This document shows, one piece after another, positions 1 to 8,682 of a stretch of 64,000 nucleotides of DNA. Source of the stretch: Dehalococcoidia bacterium (GTDB lineage: Bacteria; Chloroflexota; Dehalococcoidia; Bin125). Below the pieces are notes generated by a model that worked only from the letters and a program-made list of their open reading frames with translations, had not been told where the DNA came from and did no database searches. A program made the translations under genes and the position numbers. The stretch lies in contig OZ241375.1 in assembly GCA_965200625.1 (NCBI GenBank), positions 1,896,087 to 1,960,086 on the forward strand. Reading direction: 5' to 3'. Every line of letters begins with the position of its first letter. The first letter of the stretch is position 1.

Positions 1-539
<539 letters not shown>

Positions 540-566
540 CTAGCTGGCGGGCGATACCCTACCCGC

Positions 567-1118
567 ATGAGCGACTCCGCCGACGCTTCCGCGCTGCCGC
601 CCGCGCCGACGGCGCAGCTGATCGAGCGCAAAGTCAGGCTGGACGGGCGGGTGCTGGAGTTTCCGCTCGAGCGCTGGCTCTGCACGCCGGAGCTGGTCGT
701 CGGGCGCTGGGTCGCGGACCAGGATCCACGCGCGATCAGCCGCTATCCTAACGCCGCCGGCTTCACCAGCTGGGGCGTCTGGTGGCCGCAGCGCCCCTAC
801 AGCGCCTACCGCCTGCACAACCCCGACGGGGCGCTGCGCGGCTACCGCCTCGACACGGTGGACCGCGTCCTCTGCGACGGCCAGACCGTCGAGTTTCACG
901 ACCTGCTCCTCGACGCCCTGATCCGCCCCGACGGCTCGGTCAAGATCGAGGATGAGGGCGAGGTCGAGCGGGCGCTCGCCGAGAACCAGCTCAGCCTCGA
1001 TCAGCGCTGGCGCATCGACTGGACGCGCAGCCTCTACGCGGCTCGGGCGGAGCTGCTCATCCAGCGCATCGACGCCGCCGTCCAGCAGGCCGTCGAGGCC
1101 GTCCGCAGCGGCGCTTGA
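567..1118 (+). CDS. DUF402 (FomD/Ntdp-like nucleotide hydrolase family) protein
   Basis: 183 aa. C-terminal HDLLLDALIRPDGSVKIEDEGEVERALAENQLS matches the DUF402 DLxLDxxVxPDGxxxxxDEDEL..A signature. Its stop TGA (1116-1118) lies 1 nt before the Dam start, suggesting translational coupling. Confidence 0.55.
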   Translation: MSDSADASALPPAPTAQLIERKVRLDGRVLEFPLERWLCTPELVVGRWVADQDPRAISRYPNAAGFTSWGVWWPQRPYSAYRLHNPDGALRGYRLDTVDRVLCDGQTVEFHDLLLDALIRPDGSVKIEDEGEVERALAENQLSLDQRWRIDWTRSLYAARAELLIQRIDAAVQQAVEAVRSGA

Positions 1119-1119
1119 G

Positions 1120-1950
1120 ATGGCCCGCCCGTTCCTCAAGTGGGCCGGCGGCAAGACCGCGCTCCTGCCCCAACTGCTCGCCGCCGCGCCGGCGGAGATT
1201 GAGATGTACTACGAGCCGTTCCTCGGCGGCGGCGCGCTCTTCTTCGCGCTCCAGACCGAGAGCCGCTTCCAACGCGCCGTCCTCTCCGACAGTAACAAGG
1301 AGCTGATCAACGCCTACGAACAAGTCCGCGACAACGTTGATGGCTTGATTCGGGCGTTGTCCGTGCACCAGCGCAAGTATCTCGCCGCTCCTGACCGGGC
1401 TGAGTACTACTACACGATCCGCGCCAAGCGGCTGACCTGCAGTCTGGGCGGCGCGGCCAACCTGATCTTCCTCAACAAGACCTGCTACAACGGCCTCTAC
1501 CGAGTGAACAGCAAGGGTAAGTTCAACGTCCCGCATGGGCGCTACCAGAATCCGACGATCTGCGACGAAGCCAATCTACGCGCCGCGTCGCAGGCGCTCC
1601 AGGGCGTCGAGCTCAGGGTCGGGGATTTCGCCGCCGCCCCCAGCCGCGCCGGGCGGGGTGACTTTGTTTACTGCGATCCTCCTTACGCGCCGCTCAGCGA
1701 GACGGCCAACTTTACCAGCTATACAGCGGCGGGCTTTGGCTTGGAGGAGCAGCAGCGTCTGGCGCGGATGGCGTCGGAGTGGGCGTCGGGCGGAGCGGCG
1801 GTCGCGCTGTCCAACTCGGCTCATCCTGAGGTTGCAACGTTGTATTCGGAGACGGACTTTCGCCGCCTCGAAGTCCGCGCTCCGCGCGCGATCAACGCTA
1901 ACGCCGAGGGTCGCGGCCTCGTTCGAGAGTATCTGATCCGGTCAGCCTGA
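1120..1950 (+). CDS. Dam-like N6-adenine DNA methyltransferase (D12 class, alpha group)
   Basis: MARPFLKWAGGK (AdoMet-binding motif) at the N-terminus and DPPY catalytic motif (FVYCDPPYAP). Order of motifs is typical of Dam/DpnIIA/EcoRV-type alpha MTases. ORF-track entry 952..1950 has a spurious N-terminal extension in a frame overlapping the DUF402 gene. Confidence 0.85.
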   Translation: MARPFLKWAGGKTALLPQLLAAAPAEIEMYYEPFLGGGALFFALQTESRFQRAVLSDSNKELINAYEQVRDNVDGLIRALSVHQRKYLAAPDRAEYYYTIRAKRLTCSLGGAANLIFLNKTCYNGLYRVNSKGKFNVPHGRYQNPTICDEANLRAASQALQGVELRVGDFAAAPSRAGRGDFVYCDPPYAPLSETANFTSYTAAGFGLEEQQRLARMASEWASGGAAVALSNSAHPEVATLYSETDFRRLEVRAPRAINANAEGRGLVREYLIRSA

Positions 1951-2379
1951 AGCGTCGCCGTTGAGGATCATTTCGGCTTGCCGGGCGCGCTCTCGGGGGA
2001 GGCGGAAGTAGAAGCGGAGCCATTCGGCGAGGCGCTTGAACTCGACGATGCGGCCGCGTCCCTTGAGGAAGGGGATGAAGTCCCGAGAGAAGCCCTCGCC
2101 GTGCAGGACGACGATGCCGCGGATGGGCCAGTCCTCCATGTCTTCGACGGTGAGCGGGATTTTCTCCTCGACGGTGCCGCGGTTGCGCTGGTACTTGCAC
2201 TCGATCCCGAGCATCCGCTCGGAGCCGGGCTTGCTGACCACGACGTCCACGTGCCGTCTGGTGCCCCAGATGCGGTCGCCCATGACGACCTGGCGCTCGA
2301 CCTCCAGCCCAAGCGCCTCGCCGACCATGGCGACGGCGCGTTCCAGATCCGCGCCCGACCGAATGTCGATTGGCTCCAT
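1942..2379 (-). CDS. Small PD-(D/E)xK-fold nuclease (candidate restriction endonuclease or MTase-associated nuclease)
   Basis: 145 aa with HVDVVVSK...(13 aa)...LGIECKYQ, a D-x(n)-E-x-K nuclease core. 3' end overlaps the Dam 3' end by 9 bp (convergent); also lies 36 bp downstream of the MaoC gene on the same strand. Confidence 0.55.
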   Translation of the reverse strand: MEPIDIRSGADLERAVAMVGEALGLEVERQVVMGDRIWGTRRHVDVVVSKPGSERMLGIECKYQRNRGTVEEKIPLTVEDMEDWPIRGIVVLHGEGFSRDFIPFLKGRGRIVEFKRLAEWLRFYFRLPRERARQAEMILNGDASG

Positions 2380-2415
2380 GGCTTCAGCCTACACTTCAGA
2401 CCGGTTCCGACCCGC

Positions 2416-2886
2416 TCAGGCTGACTCGGGGCGTTTGGGGATCATGACGGCGCGGTGGAAGGAGAGGACCTGGACTCCGTCCTGGTTGGCGGCGGTGGTG
2501 TGGACGGTGACGATGCCGCGGTCGGGCTGGCTGCGGCTTTCCCGGACCTCCAGGACTTCGGTTTGCGCTTGCAATGTGTCGCCGTGGAAGACGGGGGCGG
2601 TGTGGCGGAGATCGGTGGTGGCCAGGTTGGCGATTGCTTTGCCGGACACGGTCGGCACCGTCATGCCGAAGACCAGGGAGTAGACGAACGGCCCGGAGAC
2701 GATGCGCTGGCCGAACTGCGTATCTTCCGCGTACTGCTTGTTGGTATGCAGCGGATGATGATTCATCGTCAACATGCAGAACAGCAGGTCGTCGGCTTCC
2801 GTGACCGTCCGCGTGGGCCAGTGTTCAATGATCTCGCCCACGGCGAACTCGTCCAGGTAGCGTCCGAACAGTTCTTTGGTTGGCAT
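2416..2886 (-). CDS. MaoC-like (R)-specific enoyl-CoA hydratase/dehydratase (single hot-dog fold)
   Basis: 156 aa; hot-dog dehydratase pattern (HHPLHTN...GQRIVSGPF...). Confidence 0.8.
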   Translation of the reverse strand: MPTKELFGRYLDEFAVGEIIEHWPTRTVTEADDLLFCMLTMNHHPLHTNKQYAEDTQFGQRIVSGPFVYSLVFGMTVPTVSGKAIANLATTDLRHTAPVFHGDTLQAQTEVLEVRESRSQPDRGIVTVHTTAANQDGVQVLSFHRAVMIPKRPESA

Positions 2887-2932
2887 GGGAGTCCTCCGCT
2901 TTCGGTTGCTCTGCTGGGCGCGGGAATCTGTA

Positions 2933-4120
2933 CTATTCGACCGCGTACAGTTCCAGCAGGCGCCGGGCGATGACGATGCGCTGGATTTCGTTTGTGCCCT
3001 CGGCCACCGCCATCAGCGGGGCGTCGCGGTAGAAGCGTTCGACGGGCAGCTCTTTCGTGTAGCCGACGCCGCCGTGCACGCGCATTGACTCGAGGCTGCA
3101 CTCCAACGCGACTTCAGTGGCGAAGAGCTTGGCCATGCCGACGTCCAGGTCGGAGCGCTGGCCGCTGTCCTTCTTGCGGGCGGCGTCGCGGGTGAGGAGG
3201 CGGGCGGCGCGGATTTTGGTGGCCATCTCGGCGAGCTTCAGCTGGATCGCCTGATGCTGGGCGATCGGCCGGCCCATCGTCTCGCGGCGCTGGGCGTAGA
3301 TGATCGCCTCGTCGAACGCGGCCTGGGCGACGCCCGTCGCGCGCGAGGCGACGTTGATTCGCCCGATCTCGAGGCCTGAGATCATCTGCTGAAAGCCGCG
3401 TCCCTCGCGTCCGCCGAGCAGGTTCTCGGCCGGCACCCGCGCGTCTTCGAGGAAGAGTTCGGCGGTCTCCGGGCCTTTGTAGCCGAGCTTGTCGATTGTC
3501 CGCGCGATCGAGAAGCCGGGGGTGTCCTTCTCGACGAGGAAGGCGGAGATGCCGCGGTGGCGGGGTTGGGCGGAGGGGTCCGTCTTGGTCATGGCGAGGT
3601 AGACGTCGCCGCGGTCGCCGTTGGTGACGAAGAGCTTGTTGCCGTTGAGGAGGTAGTCGTCGCCGTCGCGGGCGGCGGTGGTGCGGATGGCCTGGGCGTC
3701 GGAGCCGGCGTTGGGTTCGGTGATCGTGAAGCAGCCCTGTTTCTCCCCGCTGGCGAGGCCGGGCAGGAAGCGGTCTTTCTGGTCGGCGGTGCCGTGCTCG
3801 TCGATGATCCAGCCGTCGATCACGTTGGTGTTGATGATGCCCGCCAGCCCCATCCAGCCGCGCGAGATCTCCTCAATCACGGCGGAGTAGGTCTCGAAGG
3901 AGAGGCCCAGTCCGCCGTGCGACTCGGGGAAGGTGATGCCGAAGATGCCCATCTCGCACATGTCGGCGTGGATCTTCGCCGGGAACTGGCCGGCGTGCTC
4001 CAGCTCGACCGCGTTGGGGATGACCTGCTCATCGACCCAGCGCCGCACATTGCGGGTGATTTCGACCCCAGTCTCCCCATCGCCCGCAATGATCTCGCGC
4101 ACATCGCTCACGCTGGCCAT
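2933..4120 (-). CDS. Acyl-CoA dehydrogenase
   Basis: 395 aa; ACAD N-terminal, middle and C-terminal regions recognisable (GLAGIINTNVIDGW..., FATEVALECSLESMRVHGGVGY). Confidence 0.9.
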   Translation of the reverse strand: MASVSDVREIIAGDGETGVEITRNVRRWVDEQVIPNAVELEHAGQFPAKIHADMCEMGIFGITFPESHGGLGLSFETYSAVIEEISRGWMGLAGIINTNVIDGWIIDEHGTADQKDRFLPGLASGEKQGCFTITEPNAGSDAQAIRTTAARDGDDYLLNGNKLFVTNGDRGDVYLAMTKTDPSAQPRHRGISAFLVEKDTPGFSIARTIDKLGYKGPETAELFLEDARVPAENLLGGREGRGFQQMISGLEIGRINVASRATGVAQAAFDEAIIYAQRRETMGRPIAQHQAIQLKLAEMATKIRAARLLTRDAARKKDSGQRSDLDVGMAKLFATEVALECSLESMRVHGGVGYTKELPVERFYRDAPLMAVAEGTNEIQRIVIARRLLELYAVE

Positions 4121-4159
4121 GGCCGCCTCCTCGCTTGGCTCGTTGCCGGTCAGTCTACG

Positions 4160-4600
4160 GGCGGCTCTGGGGATCCGTCATTGCCGCGCTCCGCTGCGGC
4201 AATCTCGACGCTTGGTTGACCGCTTCCGGCTCCGCATGGGTTCCCGCTTTCGCGGGAACGACGGTGGGGGAGGGGCTGATGGGGTGCTCGCCTGCTTTGG
4301 GATGCCCCCCTCAGTCACTGCGTGACAGGTCTCCCAGAGGGGGATAGCGCTGAAGCCCTTTCCGTCGTTCCTGCGAAAGCAGGAACCCATACGGAAGAGC
4401 GCTTCCGCCCCGATCTCTCGGTCACGTCGTCAGGGCGGCGCTCTCGAGGCTTTGGGGATGGTTTCGGCCATTGTTTGGGTTCCCGCTTTCGCGGGAACGA
4501 CGGTGGGGGAGGGGCTGATGGGGTGCTCGTCTGCTTTGGGACGCCCCCCCTCAGTCGCTGCGCGACAGCTCCCCCCGTGGGGGGAGCTCTACCCTTTGGG
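4160..4600. repeat. Composite MITE-like palindromic repeat region: one full copy 4238-4388 bounded by inverted hairpin TIRs GTTCCCGCTTTCGCGGGAACGACGG / CCGTCGTTCCTGCGAAAGCAGGAAC, plus a truncated second copy 4478-4600
   Basis: Directly visible near-identical units; same motifs recur at 30.6, 37.6, 44.9, 46.0-46.5 and 48.0-48.2 kb. Confidence 0.8.
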
Positions 4601-4616
4601 GGAGGAGGCGGTACTG

Positions 4617-5792
4617 ATGACTGATACGTTGACGGGTCAGCGGGTGGTTTGGGGGGAGCGGGTGGAGTCGATTGGGGAGGCGTTGCGGGCGGCGTCGCCG
4701 CGGAATGAGGCGTTGCGGCAGCTGTCGGGAGAGACGGAGGCGGCGCTGCGCTCGATTGATGTGTTTGGGCTGTGCTCGCCGGCGGAGTTGGGCGGGGAGG
4801 ACGCGCATCCGATCGCGCAGACGCAGGCGATTGCGGCGATTACCGCGCACGACACGTCGGCGGGCTGGTGCGCGTTGATTGGGGCGCATGAATCGGCGTG
4901 GCTGGCGAGCCGGCTGCCGGACGAGGCGGTCGGGCGCGTGTTTGCGGACGCGGCGCAGCGCTGGCCGGTGACGGCCGGCTCGATTGCGCCGGAGGGCGAG
5001 GCGGAGGTGGTGGAGGGCGGCTTGCGCGTCAAGGGGCGTTGGGGCTGGGCGTCGGGGATTCACCACTCGGACTATGTGTTGGCGACCTGCCGCATTGTCG
5101 GCGTTGAGCGGGAGCCGGGGCAGCCGCCGCCGATGGCGACGGTGGCCGCGCCCAAGGCCGAGGTGGCGGTAGAAGACACGTGGCACACGCTGGGGATGCG
5201 GGGGACGGGGAGCACGCACTATCGGTTGGAGGATGTGTTCATTCCGGCGGAGATGCAGTTGGCCGGCTTCGAGCGGCCGCCGCTGCGCGGCGGGGCCTGG
5301 CTGCAGCGGCCGGTACCGACCTTCCTGACCGCGGCCGGCTACGGCTTCCCGCTGGGCGTGGCGCGGCGGGCGCTGGAGGAGATTGTTGGGCTGGCCGCGA
5401 ATCGGGTGCGCACGGGGCAGCGGGAGTCGGTGGCGATGCAGCAGCACGCGCAGTACGAGATCGGCGAGTGCGCGGCGCTGCTGGATGTGATGGAGGGCTA
5501 CGGCGAGCAGCTGTTCCGCGATCTGCTGGCGGCGCCGGTCACGTCGTTGGCGGACGCGGTGCGGATGGATGATCGGGCGCGGGCGGCGCTGCGCTGGGCG
5601 CATCGGACGGCGGAGCAGATCGTGCGCAGCGCGCACGCGCACGCGGGCGGCGCGGCGATCTACGACGACAATCCGCTGCCGCGTTTGCTGCGCGATATCC
5701 AGACGGCGAGTCAGCATGTGATCCAGGTCGAGTCCGCCTATATTCGGCGCGGGCAGCAGGCGCTCGGCCTTGAGGTGCGGCCCGGTCTCTAG
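4617..5792 (+). CDS. Acyl-CoA dehydrogenase-fold flavin-dependent monooxygenase/oxidoreductase (DszC/SfnB/HpaB-C2-like)
   Basis: ATG at 4617 preceded by GGAGGAGG RBS. The ORF-track start 4452 would read through the repeat element. ACAD-like C-terminal helical domain present. Confidence 0.7.
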   Translation: MTDTLTGQRVVWGERVESIGEALRAASPRNEALRQLSGETEAALRSIDVFGLCSPAELGGEDAHPIAQTQAIAAITAHDTSAGWCALIGAHESAWLASRLPDEAVGRVFADAAQRWPVTAGSIAPEGEAEVVEGGLRVKGRWGWASGIHHSDYVLATCRIVGVEREPGQPPPMATVAAPKAEVAVEDTWHTLGMRGTGSTHYRLEDVFIPAEMQLAGFERPPLRGGAWLQRPVPTFLTAAGYGFPLGVARRALEEIVGLAANRVRTGQRESVAMQQHAQYEIGECAALLDVMEGYGEQLFRDLLAAPVTSLADAVRMDDRARAALRWAHRTAEQIVRSAHAHAGGAAIYDDNPLPRLLRDIQTASQHVIQVESAYIRRGQQALGLEVRPGL

Positions 5793-5831
5793 CGGTCTCT
5801 AGCGCCCGCGCCGATGGGAGGGGAGTACGTC

Positions 5832-7025
5832 ATGAGCCGGACCAGCACTGCGCGGCAGCGCGAGCGCGCGGACTGGATTGGGCGCGCGGAGTCTGTGCGG
5901 GGCGTGCTCAGCGAGCACGCGGGCGCGTCGACGGAGGCGCGGACGCTCGCGCCCGCCTCGGTGGCGGCGCTTGAGGACGCGGGCTTCTTCCGCATGGCCT
6001 CGCCCCAAGAGGTCGGCGGGCACGACGTGCATCCCGCGACGCAGGTGGAGGCGTTTGAGCAGCTGGCCGTCGCTGATGTCTCCAGCGGCTGGGTGGCGAT
6101 GATCCAGGCGGAGACGCCGGGTCTGGCGGGCTCGCATCTGCGCGACGGCGCGGGGCTGGACGCGGTCTTTGGCGGCGGCTTTCCGCGCATTGCGGGGACG
6201 GCCAATCCGGAGGGTCGGGCGACGGCGCTGCACGACGGCCGCTTCCGCTTCGATGGGCGCTGGTCGTTTGCGAGCGGGATTCGGCATTGCGGTTGGGTGC
6301 TGGCGAATGCGGTGGTGGTCAAGGCGGACGGCTCGCGTCCGACGCGTGAGGACGGTCTGCCGCCGGTGATTGGCGCGGTGATTGCGCAGTCGCGGCTGGT
6401 CGTGGAGGACAGCTGGCAGGTGATGGGGCTGGAGGGCACGGGGAGCTGCCACTATCAGGCGCACGGTGTGGTTGTGGAGCCGGAGTTCACGACTCCGTTT
6501 GGCGGCGTCCATAGCGAGCGCGGCGGGCCCTGGTTTGAGCTGCCGACGATTACCTTTCTCAGCCCGGGCCATACGGGAATTGCGCTGGGCTCCGCGCGGC
6601 GGGCGCTCGATCTGCTTGGCGGCGAGCTGACCAGCCGCGTCCGTTTTGGCGCGAGCGGCGCGATTGCCGATCGCGGGGCGTTCCAGCGTGATTACGGGGA
6701 GATGTGCTGCCGCTATGAGGCAGCTCGCGCCTATGCGTTGAGCACGCTGGATGAGGCGATGGCGCTGCGCGAGTCGGGTGAGGCGATTACTCCGGCCCGC
6801 GACGCTCGGATCCGGGCGATGGTCACCTGGGTGACTGATGTGTGCGTCGAGGTCGTGCGCTTTGCCCATCACGTCGGCGGGGGCGCGGCGGCGTTTACAG
6901 ATAGTCCGTTGCAGCAGCTGTTGCGCGACATCCTGGTCGCCAGCCAGCACATCTATGTTGCCGATAGCGCTTACGAACGCAGCGGCGCGTTTCGGCTGGG
7001 GCGCGCCCCGTCCAGTGCGCTCTAG
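5832..7025 (+). CDS. Acyl-CoA dehydrogenase-fold flavin-dependent monooxygenase, tandem paralog
   Basis: Paralogous to 4617-5792 with shared blocks (VEDxWHxxGMRGTGS, AAIYxDNPLxRLLRDI). ATG at 5832 with GGGAGGGGAG RBS. Confidence 0.7.
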   Translation: MSRTSTARQRERADWIGRAESVRGVLSEHAGASTEARTLAPASVAALEDAGFFRMASPQEVGGHDVHPATQVEAFEQLAVADVSSGWVAMIQAETPGLAGSHLRDGAGLDAVFGGGFPRIAGTANPEGRATALHDGRFRFDGRWSFASGIRHCGWVLANAVVVKADGSRPTREDGLPPVIGAVIAQSRLVVEDSWQVMGLEGTGSCHYQAHGVVVEPEFTTPFGGVHSERGGPWFELPTITFLSPGHTGIALGSARRALDLLGGELTSRVRFGASGAIADRGAFQRDYGEMCCRYEAARAYALSTLDEAMALRESGEAITPARDARIRAMVTWVTDVCVEVVRFAHHVGGGAAAFTDSPLQQLLRDILVASQHIYVADSAYERSGAFRLGRAPSSAL

Positions 7026-7048
7026 GCGCGCTCGCGCGTCTTGAGCGG

Positions 7049-7939
7049 CTAACGCGCAGCTTCCATGGCGGCGATCTGCTCTGACCAGGCGAGGACGTTC
7101 TCGGCCTGTTCGAGGACGGGCTTGTCAATCATCTGGCCGTCCAGCGCGACTGCGCCCAGATTCTGTTCGACGCCGTCCTGATAGGCCTCGACGACGCGGC
7201 GGGCCCAGTTGACGTCGTCTGGCGGCGGGCTGAAGACGCGGTTGGCGGGGGCGAGTTGATCGGGGTGGATGCAGAACTTGCCCTGGAAGCCGATCTCTTT
7301 CATTCGCCGGAGCTCGTCCTCGTAGCCCTCGGGGTCGCGGATGTCCGTCCAAGGGGTGTCCAGCGGGGCGATGCCGGCGGCGTGGGCGGCGTTGACGGAG
7401 GCGCGGCGGGCCAGCTCCAACTCTGCGCCGCCCTTGGTGCGGCGGACGCCGATGCTGACGGCGTAATCCTCGCCGCCGACGCAGATGCCGACCAGCCGCG
7501 CCGAGGCGGCGCAGATCTCGTAGGCGTTTGCGACCGCGTGCGCGTTTTCGATCCAGGCGGCGATCTTCACCTGGCCGTCGGCGAGGCCGCGGGCGCGTTC
7601 GATCAGGGTGAGGTAGTCGTCAATGCGCTGGACGTCGCGGGCGGACTCGATCTTGGAGACGCTGACGCCGTCCAGCCAGGGCTGGACGATGGCGTGGAGT
7701 TCCTGCTCGATCAGGCCGGTGTCGTAGCCGTTGGTGCGGACGAAGAGCTGGCGGCCGCGCTTGGGGAAATCGGGGAGGACTCGGCAGAGCAGGTCGCGGG
7801 CGGTGGGCTTGTCGTCCCAGGCGACGGAGTCTTCGAGGTCGAAGCAGAGCACGTCGGCTTGAGCGTCGCGGGCTTTCTCGATGAAGCGTTCCCGAATGCC
7901 GGGCACGGACAACATTGATCGCATCACGGTGGCGGCCAC
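7049..7939 (-). CDS. HpcH/HpaI aldolase / citrate-lyase beta (CitE)-like acyl-CoA lyase
   Basis: 296 aa; CitE/malyl-CoA lyase family pattern (SMLSVPG..., LCFDLEDSV, KIESARDV). A start at MRSM (7924) is also possible. Confidence 0.75.
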   Translation of the reverse strand: MAATVMRSMLSVPGIRERFIEKARDAQADVLCFDLEDSVAWDDKPTARDLLCRVLPDFPKRGRQLFVRTNGYDTGLIEQELHAIVQPWLDGVSVSKIESARDVQRIDDYLTLIERARGLADGQVKIAAWIENAHAVANAYEICAASARLVGICVGGEDYAVSIGVRRTKGGAELELARRASVNAAHAAGIAPLDTPWTDIRDPEGYEDELRRMKEIGFQGKFCIHPDQLAPANRVFSPPPDDVNWARRVVEAYQDGVEQNLGAVALDGQMIDKPVLEQAENVLAWSEQIAAMEAAR

Positions 7940-8640
7940 TACGAATCCTCCTGCTCGTCATCGACTGCTGCTGCGGGTCTCGTGAAGATTGTTCGCAAGC
8001 GTTCCAGATCGTCCGGGTTGTCGGTGGCGCAGCCGCGGAAGCCGAGCGCGGCGGCGGACTCGGCGTCGTCCGGGGAGCCGGAGACGACCGGGAGGTCGAA
8101 GGCGGCGGCGGTGAGGATGACCTGGGCGCGGGCGGCGGTGACGGTGTCGCTCTCGGGCGGCACGCCCAGGGACTCGGCCAGGGCGGGCTGATCGAAGGCG
8201 ATCCAGGTCATGCGCTCGGCTGAATCGCGCATGGTCTGGAGCGCGGCGGACATGAGGTTGAGCGCACGCGGGTCGTGGAAGCCGACCGCCATCGCGGTCA
8301 GTCCGGGACGAATGTTGGCGCGCAGCTCCAACTCCTCCAGGACGCCTTCGAGGTAGCGCAGCTGATCGACGCTGGCGATGGTCTGGACGCCGACGCCGTA
8401 GACGCCGGGCTGGAGGGTGTGTTGGAGGTAGGGACGCGCCAGGCCGCTGTCGATGGGGGGGATGATCAGGTAGACCGGCGGTCCGAGTTGGAGGGCGGCG
8501 TCCGTGCGCTCGGCGGCGGCGGGGTATTGGCTTTGCTCAGGCGGGTGGACCAGGATCAGGGCGTCAGCGTGCTCGACGTCGGCGGCGGCGGGCAGCGGTG
8601 TATCGGGCAGCAGGACCAACAGGGCGCGGACATTATCCAT
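7939..8640 (-). CDS. Divergent CitE/HpcH-like paralog (possibly non-catalytic)
   Basis: 233 aa with weak similarity to the HpcH fold. Stop overlaps the start of the downstream lyase gene by 1 nt (TGATG). Confidence 0.4.
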   Translation of the reverse strand: MDNVRALLVLLPDTPLPAAADVEHADALILVHPPEQSQYPAAAERTDAALQLGPPVYLIIPPIDSGLARPYLQHTLQPGVYGVGVQTIASVDQLRYLEGVLEELELRANIRPGLTAMAVGFHDPRALNLMSAALQTMRDSAERMTWIAFDQPALAESLGVPPESDTVTAARAQVILTAAAFDLPVVSGSPDDAESAAALGFRGCATDNPDDLERLRTIFTRPAAAVDDEQEDS

Positions 8641-8682
8641 CGCGGCGCTTGCCTCCCGCTTGTCGCTTGTCAGTTTCGCTCG

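Noticed and set aside
952-1119. Longer Dam ORF starting at 952
   Set aside because: The extension is low-complexity (Ser/Arg/Ala), overlaps the DUF402 gene in another frame, and the conserved MTase N-terminus (MARPFLKWAGGK) begins at 1120.
4452-4616. N-terminal extension of the flavin monooxygenase ORF
   Set aside because: It reads through the MITE-like repeat; a good RBS (GGAGGAGG) precedes the internal ATG at 4617.
7939-8640. Considered calling this 233-aa ORF spurious
   Set aside because: It is kept at low confidence because its stop is coupled (TGATG) to the downstream lyase start and it shows weak HpcH-fold similarity, but it may be a non-catalytic paralog or an over-called ORF.
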